In this document: one piece after another, positions 8,744 to 18,306 of the stretch
How the letters are laid out: each line of letters starts with the position of its first letter
How positions within the stretch are numbered: the stretch's first letter is position 1
NCBI GenBank assembly: GCA_965204535.1
Contig: CBDBEV010000001.1
Location: 2,304,001 to 2,368,000 of the forward strand
Length of the DNA: 64,000 bases
Direction: 5' to 3'
DNA from: a bacterium
GTDB taxonomy: Bacteria; UBA8248
Translations under genes and position numbers: made by a program
The notes under the pieces: model-generated
What the model saw: the letters and a program-made list of their open reading frames with translations, nothing else
What the model was told of the DNA's origin: nothing
Databases searched by the model: none

Positions 8744-9778
8744 ATGGTTGTGAACGACCCTCAAGATGAATTCGAGTTTTTCCTGGAAAAACCCTGGTCG
8801 GACGGCCTGCCCGTCGTCACCCCGACCGAAGAGCGCATCGAGCGCATGCTCTCGGGCACGAAGAGAAGCCCTGCCGAGGTCATCGGCAGCGTTCCTCCCG
8901 CCATGGGGGAGGCCACGGTCCACAGCGTGGCGGTGCATGCGGTCATGGCCGGGTGCAAGCCGGAATACCTGCCGGTCGTACTCGGCGCCGCCTCCCTCAT
9001 GCTTCGCGATGAATTCAACATGAACGGCGTGCAGGGCACGATGCACGGCGTGGCGCCCCTGATGATCGTGAACGGCCCGTATTCCGGGGAAATCGGCATT
9101 CACGGGGGCAATGGCTGTTTTGGCCCCGGCTTCAGGGCCAACGCCTCCATCGGCCGCGCGATACGCCTGATTCTGATGAACCTGGGCGGGGGCATCCCGG
9201 GCGTTTCTTCCATGACGATTTTCGGCACGCCGCTGCGCTATACCGCGTGCGTCACGGAGAACCTCCAGTTTCACCCCTGGGAGACGCTCGCTGAATCGAG
9301 AGGATACGGGGCGGAGGAGAACGTGATCACCATGGCCATGGTGGAAAGCCCGCGCCTGACCTTCGATGACGTCAGCGAGGAGCCCGAGAGGCTGCTCCGG
9401 GGAATCGCCGATGCGATGACGGGTCTGGGTTCCTGGAACATGCACGCGCCCAGAACCGACATGGTCGTCGCCATGAATCCCCAGCATGCGAAGATTTGCT
9501 CCGAGGGCGGCCTTGCGCGCGCGGACGTGCACCGGCGGCTGTGTGAATTGGCCGGCCACAAGGTGAAGGACCTGAAACAAGGCGGAAACTGGCGTCGTGA
9601 GCGCGCGCTGGCGATGTATATCCACACGGATCCGGATGATGATGAATTTTTCGTTCCCGTCATCAAGGATCCCCGTGACCTCCATTTGATCGTCGCGGGC
9701 GGCTGGGGGTCGGGCAGTGCGGTCTGTCATGGATGGAGCGGCGGCAGCCGCGCCGTTCATGGCGTGTATGAAGTGTAA
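8744..9778 (+). CDS. WSDGLPVxPPT-family protein, paralogue 2
   Basis: Same conserved motifs; 344 aa. Confidence 0.85.
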   Translation: MVVNDPQDEFEFFLEKPWSDGLPVVTPTEERIERMLSGTKRSPAEVIGSVPPAMGEATVHSVAVHAVMAGCKPEYLPVVLGAASLMLRDEFNMNGVQGTMHGVAPLMIVNGPYSGEIGIHGGNGCFGPGFRANASIGRAIRLILMNLGGGIPGVSSMTIFGTPLRYTACVTENLQFHPWETLAESRGYGAEENVITMAMVESPRLTFDDVSEEPERLLRGIADAMTGLGSWNMHAPRTDMVVAMNPQHAKICSEGGLARADVHRRLCELAGHKVKDLKQGGNWRRERALAMYIHTDPDDDEFFVPVIKDPRDLHLIVAGGWGSGSAVCHGWSGGSRAVHGVYEV

Positions 9779-9819
9779 TGCCGGATTTCCCGCATTCCGT
9801 CTGGTAAAGTCATTTTCCA

Positions 9820-10836
9820 ATGGATGAATTCGAGTTTTTCTTTCAAAAACCCTGGTCGGACGGCCTGCCGGTAATTCCCCCTACAGAAGAACGAATGGCC
9901 GCCATGCTTTCGGGTACCAGACTTGAAGCCTCGGAAATCATCGGTTTGGTGCCGCCCCTCATGGGGGAGGCCGGCGTGGAGGCGATTGCCGCGCACGCCG
10001 TGATGGCGGGGTGTGAACCTTCGTTTTTGCCCCTTGTTATTGCAGGGCTTAGAGCGCTTCTTGCGCCGAAACTCAACTTGAACGGCGTACAGGGCACCAT
10101 GCACAGCGCGGCCCCTTTGATCATCGTGAATGGGCCGTATGCGAAAAAAATCGGCCTGCACGGCGGCACAGGGTGCTTCGGGCCGGGTTTTCGGGCGAAT
10201 GCGACGATTGGACGCGCCATCAGGCTAATACTCATGAACCTGGGCGGGGGTGTGCCGGTTTCCGCCTCGATGAGCACGTTCGGCTCGCCTGCCAGATATA
10301 CGTTTTGCATCGCCGAGAATGAAGCAGAAAGCCCCTGGGAGCCATTGTCCGTCACGAGGGGATTTCAGCAGGATGACGATGTCGTTACCGCCGTGATGAC
10401 CGAAGCGCCTCAAGGCTATATCGACGATTACTCAAAAGAGCCGGAATCTTTTTTCGTGGGTCTGGCGGATAAAATATCCACCTTGGGTTCGCTGAATATA
10501 TGGCTGAAAACCCAGGTAGTCGTTGCTTTGGGTCCCGATCATGCGCGCATGTGCGCGGACGCGGGTCTGGATAAAAAAGATGTTCATCAGAGAATTATGG
10601 AACTCGCGCGCAGGCCCTTGGGAGAGTTAAAAAAATCGGGTTATTGGCGTGAGGAGATGATAGCCAAGTGGCCATTTGACGTGGACCTGCAAGATGATTC
10701 GTATCTGGTTCCGGCGATTAAGGATGAGGACGATCTGATTCTTCTCGTCGCAGGGGGTACGCCCGGCCCGGTGACTGCCGTCATGCCCGGCTGGGTGGAT
10801 GGCAGTGAGGCGGTCTCGACGGATTATCAACCATAA
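9820..10836 (+). CDS. WSDGLPVxPPT-family protein, paralogue 3
   Basis: Same conserved motifs; 338 aa. Confidence 0.85.
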   Translation: MDEFEFFFQKPWSDGLPVIPPTEERMAAMLSGTRLEASEIIGLVPPLMGEAGVEAIAAHAVMAGCEPSFLPLVIAGLRALLAPKLNLNGVQGTMHSAAPLIIVNGPYAKKIGLHGGTGCFGPGFRANATIGRAIRLILMNLGGGVPVSASMSTFGSPARYTFCIAENEAESPWEPLSVTRGFQQDDDVVTAVMTEAPQGYIDDYSKEPESFFVGLADKISTLGSLNIWLKTQVVVALGPDHARMCADAGLDKKDVHQRIMELARRPLGELKKSGYWREEMIAKWPFDVDLQDDSYLVPAIKDEDDLILLVAGGTPGPVTAVMPGWVDGSEAVSTDYQP

Positions 10837-10871
10837 GTCTTTCTGTCGGCTTTGCTTGTGAGGATAAGCGC

Positions 10872-11891
10872 ATGGATGAGTTTGAGTTTTTCTTTGATAA
10901 AGAATGGTCGGACGGCCTGCCTGTCGTGACGCCCACGGAAGAGAGAATGGGCTTGATGCTCACAGGAACGACCAGGGAACCGGGCGAAGTGCTTGGCCAA
11001 GTGGCTCCGGCGGGCGGGGACCTCAGCATTCAAAGCGTGGCGGCCCATGCCGTGATGGCGGGTTGTAAGCCCGAATATATGCCGGTTTTGATAGCTGGGC
11101 TGGAGGCGCTTCTCGATGAGCGTTTCAACGTGAATCTGATTCAGGCCACAACGAGCGCGGGCGCTCCTTTTTTGTTGGTCAATGGCCCTTACGCCAGGGA
11201 AATCGGGCTGCACGGCGGTGTGGGCTGTATGGGTCCCGGTTTTCGCGCGAATTTGACCATTGGCCGCGCCGTGAGGCTCATCATGATGAACGTGGGCGGT
11301 GGTATTCCCGGAATCACATGTCTCGGCGGTTTTGGCGGTCCCTGGCGAAATACTTATTGCATCGTGGAGAACGAGGAGGAATCACCCTGGGAGTCGTATG
11401 CGGAGTCCAAAGGGTTTTCAAAAAGCGATAACGTGGTGACCATGATTCCTCTCGAAGGCCCAGTCCAGGTATGGGACGATGCGAGCCTCACCCCTGACCG
11501 GCTTCTTACGACGGTGGCCGATATGATGTCCGCCTTGGGTGGGCCCAATATGTATCGCCAAGCGGATATGGCGGTTGTCCTGGGCGCGCAGCATGCGCAT
11601 CTGTGCGCCGACGCCGGGCTGACCCGCAGCGATGTGCATCAACAATTATTGGCAATGGGCGGACGCACCATCGGGGATATAAAGCGCGGCGGCATATGGC
11701 GGGGCGAGAAAGGCGCGGATCGATGGCCGTTTCCCGTGGATGTGCATGATGATGATTTTTTCGTGCCCGCCGTCGGAGATCCCGACGATCTTCATTTAAT
11801 CGTCGCGGGGAGCAGGGGTTCACCCTCCAGCATGGTCATGCACGGAATTACGGTGGCGTGTCGGACCGTGACAAAAAAATTTAACTTGTAA
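10872..11891 (+). CDS. WSDGLPVxPPT-family protein, paralogue 4
   Basis: Same conserved motifs; 339 aa. Confidence 0.85.
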   Translation: MDEFEFFFDKEWSDGLPVVTPTEERMGLMLTGTTREPGEVLGQVAPAGGDLSIQSVAAHAVMAGCKPEYMPVLIAGLEALLDERFNVNLIQATTSAGAPFLLVNGPYAREIGLHGGVGCMGPGFRANLTIGRAVRLIMMNVGGGIPGITCLGGFGGPWRNTYCIVENEEESPWESYAESKGFSKSDNVVTMIPLEGPVQVWDDASLTPDRLLTTVADMMSALGGPNMYRQADMAVVLGAQHAHLCADAGLTRSDVHQQLLAMGGRTIGDIKRGGIWRGEKGADRWPFPVDVHDDDFFVPAVGDPDDLHLIVAGSRGSPSSMVMHGITVACRTVTKKFNL

Positions 11892-12000
11892 ATTTGTGTA
11901 GGAATGTGGACTGTAATGCCAGGATGGCGTGGCAGAAATAGCTGTGTTCCTTACTAAAAATCTTTGTGAAGCCAGAAATGTTTTGGTGTTTTCTAAAGAA

Positions 12001-12031
12001 AAAAGCCCCGGCATTTTGCCGGGGCTTTTTT
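12001..12031. terminator. Bidirectional intrinsic terminator
   Basis: AAAAGCCCCGGCA-TTT-TGCCGGGGCTTTTTT between convergent genes. Confidence 0.85.
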
Positions 12032-12048
12032 GTGTGATTGGTGTTCAG

Positions 12049-14310
12049 CTAATGGCCGTTGCTTTTTCCGTTTTTCTTCATGACCGCCCAGCAGACACGT
12101 TCGGGCGTGATGGGCAGGTCGTAGACTTCCGTGCCTATCGCATCGTTTATGGCGAGGGCAACGGCGGCCGGCGCATTGTTGCATGGAGGCTCGCCGACGC
12201 CGCGTGCGCCATATGGCCCCGCGCCCTCTCCACATTCGAGAACAACAGACTCAAACTCGCCAATATCCGATGAAGTGGGGATCAAATACTCGTGAAAGCT
12301 TTGTGATCGACAGTCCCCTTCCACCATGGTGATTTCCTCGTGGAGCGCATATCCGATCCCCATCACCGCGCCGCCTTCAAATTGTCCCTCCACGCTTTGA
12401 GGGTTCAACGCTCGCCCCACGTCATGGGAAGCGACGTGCTTCAAAAGGTTCACTTCACCTGTTTCGATGTCGACTTCCACTTCGCTTGCATGAACACCGA
12501 ATGTGTAGTCCGACCATCCGCCCATGCCGTTCATGTATCGCTCCGGATTTTCATATTCATGTCCTGGCATGTTGTAACCATGCGTGCAATGCAGTGCCTC
12601 ACCCATTTTTTTGGCTTCGCCAGCTGCAGCACCGATGCCAACTCTTCTCTCGGGAGCGGAGGCCACCCATGCCTCCCCGCTTCCCACGCGAATATCCTCT
12701 TCAGCAGCCTCGAGCAACGAAGCGGCGCCTTTGGTCACGGCTTTCCGAACCTCATCTGCGGCAAGTCGAACGGCGTGCCCCGCCATGAGTGTTTGACGGG
12801 AGCCTGCCGTGATTCCTGAGAGCGGTGTTGTGGCGGAATCTGATAGACGGGTGGATACCTGATCGAGCCTGAGCCCCAGGGTTTCAGCCGTGATGCTTTG
12901 AAGCGTAGCGCCCTGGCCGGCGCCTATGTCCGGCGCGCTCACGCGAACTACGGCGCTGCCGTCCGGCTCGAGGTGAACTGCCGCATTCGCGTCGTCATTC
13001 GGCCTTCCGTAGCCGGTGATGTTCGCCGCCGCCGCACGCCCAATGCGTTTCCCTGGGCCTGGTTCTGTGGGTTCGCCCAAGGCCTGAAGCGCACTGTCAA
13101 GGCATCCTTCCAGGTTCGGTTCATAAGGTATTTTCTGTCCGGTCGGCAGTTCCTGGTTTTTCTGGATGAAATTTTTGCGCCTGAATTCGTATTTATCCAT
13201 CCCGATGGCGTCTGCAACCAGGTTCATTTGGGTCTCATATGCGAAGCAAACCTGGTTCGACCCCACACCACGCATCGCGTTGGTGATGGGATTGTTGGTG
13301 AGATAGCCGTGCGCGCGTATTTTAGCGTTGGGCACATCGTAGGGGCCTGCAGCGATGCACATGGCGCCCAGGAGGAATAGATTGGATTTGTACGGATAGG
13401 CTCCAGCGTCACCCACGATATCCGCTTCTACGGCAAGAATTTTCCCGTCCTTGGTCGCTCCTGTTTTGTACCTCATATAGAAAGGATGTTTTTTCGAGGT
13501 GTTTCGGATGCCGTGCTCGCGGCCCAACACCATTATGGCCGGTCTTTGCGTATGCCAGGTGAGTAATGCCAGGTAAGGTTCCACGGTCAGCATGCCCTTG
13601 GCGCCGAATCCGCCGCCGACATATGTGCCGAGGTGGCGGACGCGGCTATGCGAGATTCCTAAAATCGCCGCAATGGCGCGATAGTATTCAATTAGCTGTG
13701 TGCCGACGCGGATGGTGATGACGCCGTCTTCCTCCATCCATGAAGTACCGGAAGCGGGTTCCAGGAAGGCGTGTTCAGCGAGTTGCGTGGTATATGTTTT
13801 CTCAATCACCACGTCGGCTTCGTCAAACGCTCTTTTTATGTCTCCACGTGTAGCTTCAAAGTCACACGCTTGTCGCTTCTCGGCGTTAGTTTCATCGTGA
13901 CGCGTTGTCCACACGCCCTCTTCCGACTCGATTTCCAATTCGATCGCAGCTATCGCGGCATCAAGCGCTTCTCTGTTTTCGGCGCCTACGATGGCGAGGG
14001 CATCTCCAGTAAATTCGATCTTATCTTCCACCAGCACCGGCTGATGGGGCAGGCCCGGCGTCCCGGAGCCGAATCGCGCGTTTGTGCCTGGAATGTCCTT
14101 TGCGGTCAGAATGGCGGCTACGCCTGGAATTTTTTCGGCTTTAGAAGTGTCGAGTTTTTTGAGGCGGCCTACGGGGACGGGCGTAAACAAGACGCCGCAC
14201 TGCAAAGCGCCTGCGGGGATCGCGTCTTCTCCGTAGGGCATAGAGCCATCTGCTTTCGGAATGGCGTCGTATCGAACATTCGACTTGCCGATGATATCGT
14301 AATCGGCCAT
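12049..14310 (-). CDS. Xanthine dehydrogenase/CoxL-family molybdopterin-binding large subunit
   Basis: HAFLEP, VGGGFGAK, AMRGVG, GQFEGG, GARGVGEP motifs; ATG at 14310 with AAGGAG RBS. Confidence 0.92.
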   Translation of the reverse strand: MADYDIIGKSNVRYDAIPKADGSMPYGEDAIPAGALQCGVLFTPVPVGRLKKLDTSKAEKIPGVAAILTAKDIPGTNARFGSGTPGLPHQPVLVEDKIEFTGDALAIVGAENREALDAAIAAIELEIESEEGVWTTRHDETNAEKRQACDFEATRGDIKRAFDEADVVIEKTYTTQLAEHAFLEPASGTSWMEEDGVITIRVGTQLIEYYRAIAAILGISHSRVRHLGTYVGGGFGAKGMLTVEPYLALLTWHTQRPAIMVLGREHGIRNTSKKHPFYMRYKTGATKDGKILAVEADIVGDAGAYPYKSNLFLLGAMCIAAGPYDVPNAKIRAHGYLTNNPITNAMRGVGSNQVCFAYETQMNLVADAIGMDKYEFRRKNFIQKNQELPTGQKIPYEPNLEGCLDSALQALGEPTEPGPGKRIGRAAAANITGYGRPNDDANAAVHLEPDGSAVVRVSAPDIGAGQGATLQSITAETLGLRLDQVSTRLSDSATTPLSGITAGSRQTLMAGHAVRLAADEVRKAVTKGAASLLEAAEEDIRVGSGEAWVASAPERRVGIGAAAGEAKKMGEALHCTHGYNMPGHEYENPERYMNGMGGWSDYTFGVHASEVEVDIETGEVNLLKHVASHDVGRALNPQSVEGQFEGGAVMGIGYALHEEITMVEGDCRSQSFHEYLIPTSSDIGEFESVVLECGEGAGPYGARGVGEPPCNNAPAAVALAINDAIGTEVYDLPITPERVCWAVMKKNGKSNGH

Positions 14311-14504
14311 TTGTCTGCTCCTTAAGGTAAGAGGTTTTCCGTAAATTAGACTTGATTTTGCCAAAATTCGGCGAATCTGAGAAGCGGAAAAAACATCATT
14401 CGCATTTTCATCGGGAAATCGAATGGGCTGATATCGTAGACAATGAATGAATTGCGGGATATGATTTAGTCTCGGTTGAGTTCACATATCATTTGGAGAA
14501 AACC

Positions 14505-15035
14505 ATGGCGAACGGAATGGGATTCATCGATCCGACGGCGGGAGGATCGGCCGCGCGAATCGAGCTTGCGCAACGGCCCGGCGATCTTTCGGGAAAGGTG
14601 GTGGGGCTCCTCGATAACACCAAGGAACAAGCGGATATCATTTTGGAAACCTTGGGCAATGCACTTCGTGAGCAATACGACGTGGCCAGAGTCATTTCGA
14701 GGCGAAAAGAGCATTACTCGAAGCCTGCCACGGATGAAATGATCGAAGAAATGGCCCAAGAGGTGGATGTGGCGATAGCCGCATTGGGAGGCTGAGGCTC
14801 CTGCACGTTGTGCAGTGTGCACGACACGGTTGAATTTGAAAAACGGGGCATTCCTTCAACGACCATCATCACCGAAGCCTTCAAGAACGCGGCGGACTTT
14901 CAATTCCGTGGCAAGGGCATGGAAGGGCACCCTTATATTGAGTTGCCTCACCCGGTTAGCAATCTACAGCCTGATGAAATGAGAGACACGACGCTCAAGT
15001 TTGTTGAAGAAGTGGCCAGCCATCTGAAAAGCTGA
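14505..15035 (+). CDS. UGSC-family selenoprotein (Sec encoded by TGA 14793-14795)
   Basis: ORFs 14493-14795 and 14808-15035 are in the same frame, separated by a single TGA. Readthrough gives ALGG-U-GSCTLCSVHD...EKRGIP; SECIS-like hairpin follows; GGAG RBS before ATG 14505. Confidence 0.9.
14807..14825 (+). promoter_or_regulatory. Candidate bacterial SECIS element of the UGSC gene
   Basis: Stem GTTGTGCA/TGCACGAC with loop GTG starting 19 nt after the TGA; G first in the loop. Confidence 0.6.
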
Positions 15036-15074
15036 TTCGAATTGAGTTGAAAAGATATTTCCCAGGAGGGACAC

Positions 15075-15857
15075 GTGCGCGAGTTTGAAACATTATCCTA
15101 TACGGAAGAAGGTGGATTGGCGGTAGTGAAGTTCAACCGTCCGGAGAGTCTGAACGCAATCAGCTTCAAGATGGCGGAAGAATTCGTGGAATTAACGCGA
15201 ACTTTGGCCGACGCGCAAAATGTTCGCGTTGTGATACTCACCGGCGAGGGACGTGGTTTCAGCACGGGCCGCGACCTGAAAGAAAGCACTACGCATACGA
15301 AGGAGATGGCCGATCAATATCAGCGCTACGTGATGGTGGCGACATCGTTATGGGAACGCTTGCCCATGCCCACCATCGCCGCCATCAATGGTCATACGTT
15401 CGGCTGGGGTGTGGAAATTACCTTGGTATGCGATATCAGACTGGCTGCGGAAGAAGCCACTCTTTGTTTTCCGGAATGCAGTTTGGGTATTTTCCCCGGA
15501 GCCGGCGGCGTGGTCTGGCTTCAAAGGGTCATGCCGGCCGGTCAGGCGAAAGAATTGGTTTACACGAGCAAGCGAATCGATGGCAAGGAGGCCGAGCGCA
15601 TCGGTTTGGTGAACAAAGCGCATCCGCTGGATGTGTTGATGGGTGAAGCCACTTCCATCGCGGAGAGGATCAGAGACAATGGCCCCTTGGGTGTTCGTGG
15701 CGCGAAAAAAGTGATCGATCAGACGCTCGATATGCCGCTCGCTCAGGCTATCGAATTTTCGAACGCCCACAGGTTGCCGTTGAATCACACCAAGGATTTC
15801 GCGGAGGCGCTGCAGGCGTTCAAAGAGAAGAGGAAACCTGTTTTTACCGGAGAATAA
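15075..15857 (+). CDS. Enoyl-CoA hydratase/isomerase
   Basis: NRPESLNA, FSTGRDL, IAAING, GWGVE...FPE (both glutamates present), FKEKRKPVF. Confidence 0.92.
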   Translation: MREFETLSYTEEGGLAVVKFNRPESLNAISFKMAEEFVELTRTLADAQNVRVVILTGEGRGFSTGRDLKESTTHTKEMADQYQRYVMVATSLWERLPMPTIAAINGHTFGWGVEITLVCDIRLAAEEATLCFPECSLGIFPGAGGVVWLQRVMPAGQAKELVYTSKRIDGKEAERIGLVNKAHPLDVLMGEATSIAERIRDNGPLGVRGAKKVIDQTLDMPLAQAIEFSNAHRLPLNHTKDFAEALQAFKEKRKPVFTGE

Positions 15858-15885
15858 AAAGGCGCCTAATCTTACTTGTAGTATC

Positions 15886-15914
15886 AAGCCTGTCCCTTAG
15901 GGGACAGGCTTTTT
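15886..15914 (+). terminator. Intrinsic terminator
   Basis: AAGCCTGTCCC-TTAG-GGGACAGGCTT followed by a T run. Confidence 0.75.
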
Positions 15915-15931
15915 GTTCATTGTGACTAAAT

Positions 15932-16633
15932 ATGAATAGTGACTTCCTTCACATGCATAGCGAATCTCATATCGCGATTATCACCGTGAATCGGCCGGAA
16001 GCGCGAAATGCGTTCAACACATCACTCATGGAAGCCATGTGCAGGGAGATGGATGAAATTCAAAAGATGTCAGATATTAGAGTGCTTATCGTGACTGGGG
16101 CGGGAAGTTCTTTTTCTGCAGGGCGCGATCTGAAGGAAAGCGCCACCCATACGGCAGAACAAGCGAAGCGATTCATGATGTTGGGCGAGAGGTGGAGTAC
16201 GGCACTTCGTGAACTGCCCATCCCGACCATAGCAGCGGTAAACGGACCCGCTTTCGGATGGGGGATGGTGTTGATGCTCTCATGTGATATTCGTGTTGTG
16301 GTGGATGACGCTGTTTTGGGATATCCGGAGACTGCGTTGGGAGTATTTCCGGGAGGAGACGCCACAGTTCGCCTGACGCGGCAGATTTTTGTTCCTTCTG
16401 CAAAAGATTTGGTGCTCACTGGCAGAAGATTTGATGCACAAGAGGGGTATCGCTTAGGATTGGCGAACCGCGTCACATCGAAAAAAGACCTGCTGAGAGA
16501 AACAAGCGCTATGGCCGATGAAATCGCTCAACACCCGCTGGAGAGATTAAAGGCGATGAAATCTGCGTTTTTAAAAATTGAAGCGATGCCGCGATTCGGG
16601 CATTTGTCGGCGGCTCGGAAAATCGATCGATGA
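15932..16633 (+). CDS. Enoyl-CoA hydratase/isomerase paralogue (first catalytic Glu absent, shorter C-terminus)
   Basis: Shares GRDLKES.THT and GWG with the upstream gene; GWGMVL replaces GWGVE. Confidence 0.85.
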   Translation: MNSDFLHMHSESHIAIITVNRPEARNAFNTSLMEAMCREMDEIQKMSDIRVLIVTGAGSSFSAGRDLKESATHTAEQAKRFMMLGERWSTALRELPIPTIAAVNGPAFGWGMVLMLSCDIRVVVDDAVLGYPETALGVFPGGDATVRLTRQIFVPSAKDLVLTGRRFDAQEGYRLGLANRVTSKKDLLRETSAMADEIAQHPLERLKAMKSAFLKIEAMPRFGHLSAARKIDR

Positions 16634-17013
16634 AAGTCAGGGAGTGTTTTTTGCAGGCGGTAGCGATTGTTGGAGTGGAAGAAGACACTAGAGAAACCTG
16701 GGCGGCCATGAACAGGATAAACGCGCCCTGGGCGGCGGTTTTTGATGGTACGCACCTGGTTGGCATAGTAAACAAACAAGACCTTGATGCGTTTGTTCGC
16801 GTGCCCGAAGTTTTTCAGGACGTTGGTGAGGTGGCCCAAACGGACATACCTGTCAAGCGAGGGATATCGCTATCCCCGAACGCGGATTTGAACGAGGCTG
16901 TTCTTCAGCTTGAATTGGCGAGAGCGGATGCCGCCTTTGTCGAGGGCATTGGGAGGCCGCCTGGCGTCATGGAAATGGAAACGGCCAATCGCGTATTGTC
17001 TTGTTCTTCATGA
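16630..17013 (+). CDS. CBS-domain protein (divergent)
   Basis: MKVRE..., AVFDGTHLVGIVNKQDL; ATGA overlap with the upstream gene. Confidence 0.6.
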   Translation: MKVRECFLQAVAIVGVEEDTRETWAAMNRINAPWAAVFDGTHLVGIVNKQDLDAFVRVPEVFQDVGEVAQTDIPVKRGISLSPNADLNEAVLQLELARADAAFVEGIGRPPGVMEMETANRVLSCSS

Positions 17014-17086
17014 TACGCTTTTGTTTTCCTTAAAGTGATTGATCATTTGCCTCGCTTTCAAGGGGCAATTGACGGGAGGAACGTCC

Positions 17087-18283
17087 ATGGAATTCACGTT
17101 GAATGAAGAGCAAATACGGATTCAGCAGATAGCCAGAAAATTTTCCGATGAAGAATTGGCCCCGGTGGCTCCAGAGCGCGATCGTATTCAGAACTGGGAA
17201 GAGCGGATGCCGTGGGATCTCACGGAAAAAGCAAGCGCTTTGGGTTTAAGGCAGCTCCCTTATCCCAAAGAATACGGTGGTATGGGAGCTGATGTGCTTT
17301 CGTGCTGTCTGGCGGGGGAGGAGCTTGCAGCGGGAGATCTGGGTTTTGCGGTGAACCTGGATCAGACATGGAAGCTGTCCCATATATTCGAAAAAGTAGA
17401 ACCTGAAGTCAGAGACCCCTGGATGAAACGTTTATGTGAAGAGCCAAGATTCCTGGCTGCGATTTCCATGACGGAAGAAGGGGCGGGAACCGACCATCAG
17501 GGATATTATGACGATCCCTCCATTGCGCTTTTTACGCGCGCGGAGAAAGAAGGCGGCAAATGGATCCTCAACGGGAAAAAACGCTATGTCAGCAATGGCC
17601 CTGTTGCGTCGTTGTACGTTTTGGCGGCAAGAACCGATCTCAGCAAAAACTTGAGGGAAGGCTTAACGGGCTTTCTGGTTCCTAGAGAGACCCCCGGCAT
17701 ATCGATAGGCGAAGTGCATGAAAAAATTGGCCAGCGTCTTTCGATGAATTCTGAAATTTTCTATGAAGACGTCGAGATTCCCGAGAACCACATCATCCTG
17801 GGTGAGGGAAACATGTTCGAAATCAGGGGTAATCTTCTGGCGATGGGAAAACCGGAAGCAGCCGCAACGGCCCTGGGTGTCGGGCGCGCTGCATTCGAGA
17901 AATCACTTGTCTACAGCCGAGAACGCGTCCAGGGCGGCAAGCCCATTGGTCAACACCAAGCGATTGAAACCATGCTCGCCGATATGGCGATGAATCTTGA
18001 CATTGCGCGCACGTACATTTGGCGCACCGCTTGGGCGGTGGATCATCAAAAACCTTATGATTTCACGCAAGGATGGAAATGCAAAGTTTTCGCATCTGAA
18101 GTCGCTTTTGATTGTGCGAGACTGGGCATGGAGGTATTCGGCGGTGCGGGCATCATGCACGATGCTCCTATGGAGAAATACCTTCGCGATGCCAGTACGT
18201 TCTTGCACTCAGACGGCACGAATCAAATTCTGCGGTTAAGAACCGGGCAAGCTTATGTGAAAGGAGTAGCCACGGCGTTTTAG
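17087..18283 (+). CDS. Acyl-CoA dehydrogenase family protein
   Basis: MTEEGAGTD, WILNGKKRYVSNG, RVQGGKPIGQHQ, VFGGAG, EKYLRDA; ATG 17087 with GGAGG RBS. Confidence 0.92.
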   Translation: MEFTLNEEQIRIQQIARKFSDEELAPVAPERDRIQNWEERMPWDLTEKASALGLRQLPYPKEYGGMGADVLSCCLAGEELAAGDLGFAVNLDQTWKLSHIFEKVEPEVRDPWMKRLCEEPRFLAAISMTEEGAGTDHQGYYDDPSIALFTRAEKEGGKWILNGKKRYVSNGPVASLYVLAARTDLSKNLREGLTGFLVPRETPGISIGEVHEKIGQRLSMNSEIFYEDVEIPENHIILGEGNMFEIRGNLLAMGKPEAAATALGVGRAAFEKSLVYSRERVQGGKPIGQHQAIETMLADMAMNLDIARTYIWRTAWAVDHQKPYDFTQGWKCKVFASEVAFDCARLGMEVFGGAGIMHDAPMEKYLRDASTFLHSDGTNQILRLRTGQAYVKGVATAF

Positions 18284-18306
18284 TGGCATGAAAAGGAGAA
18301 TTTCAG

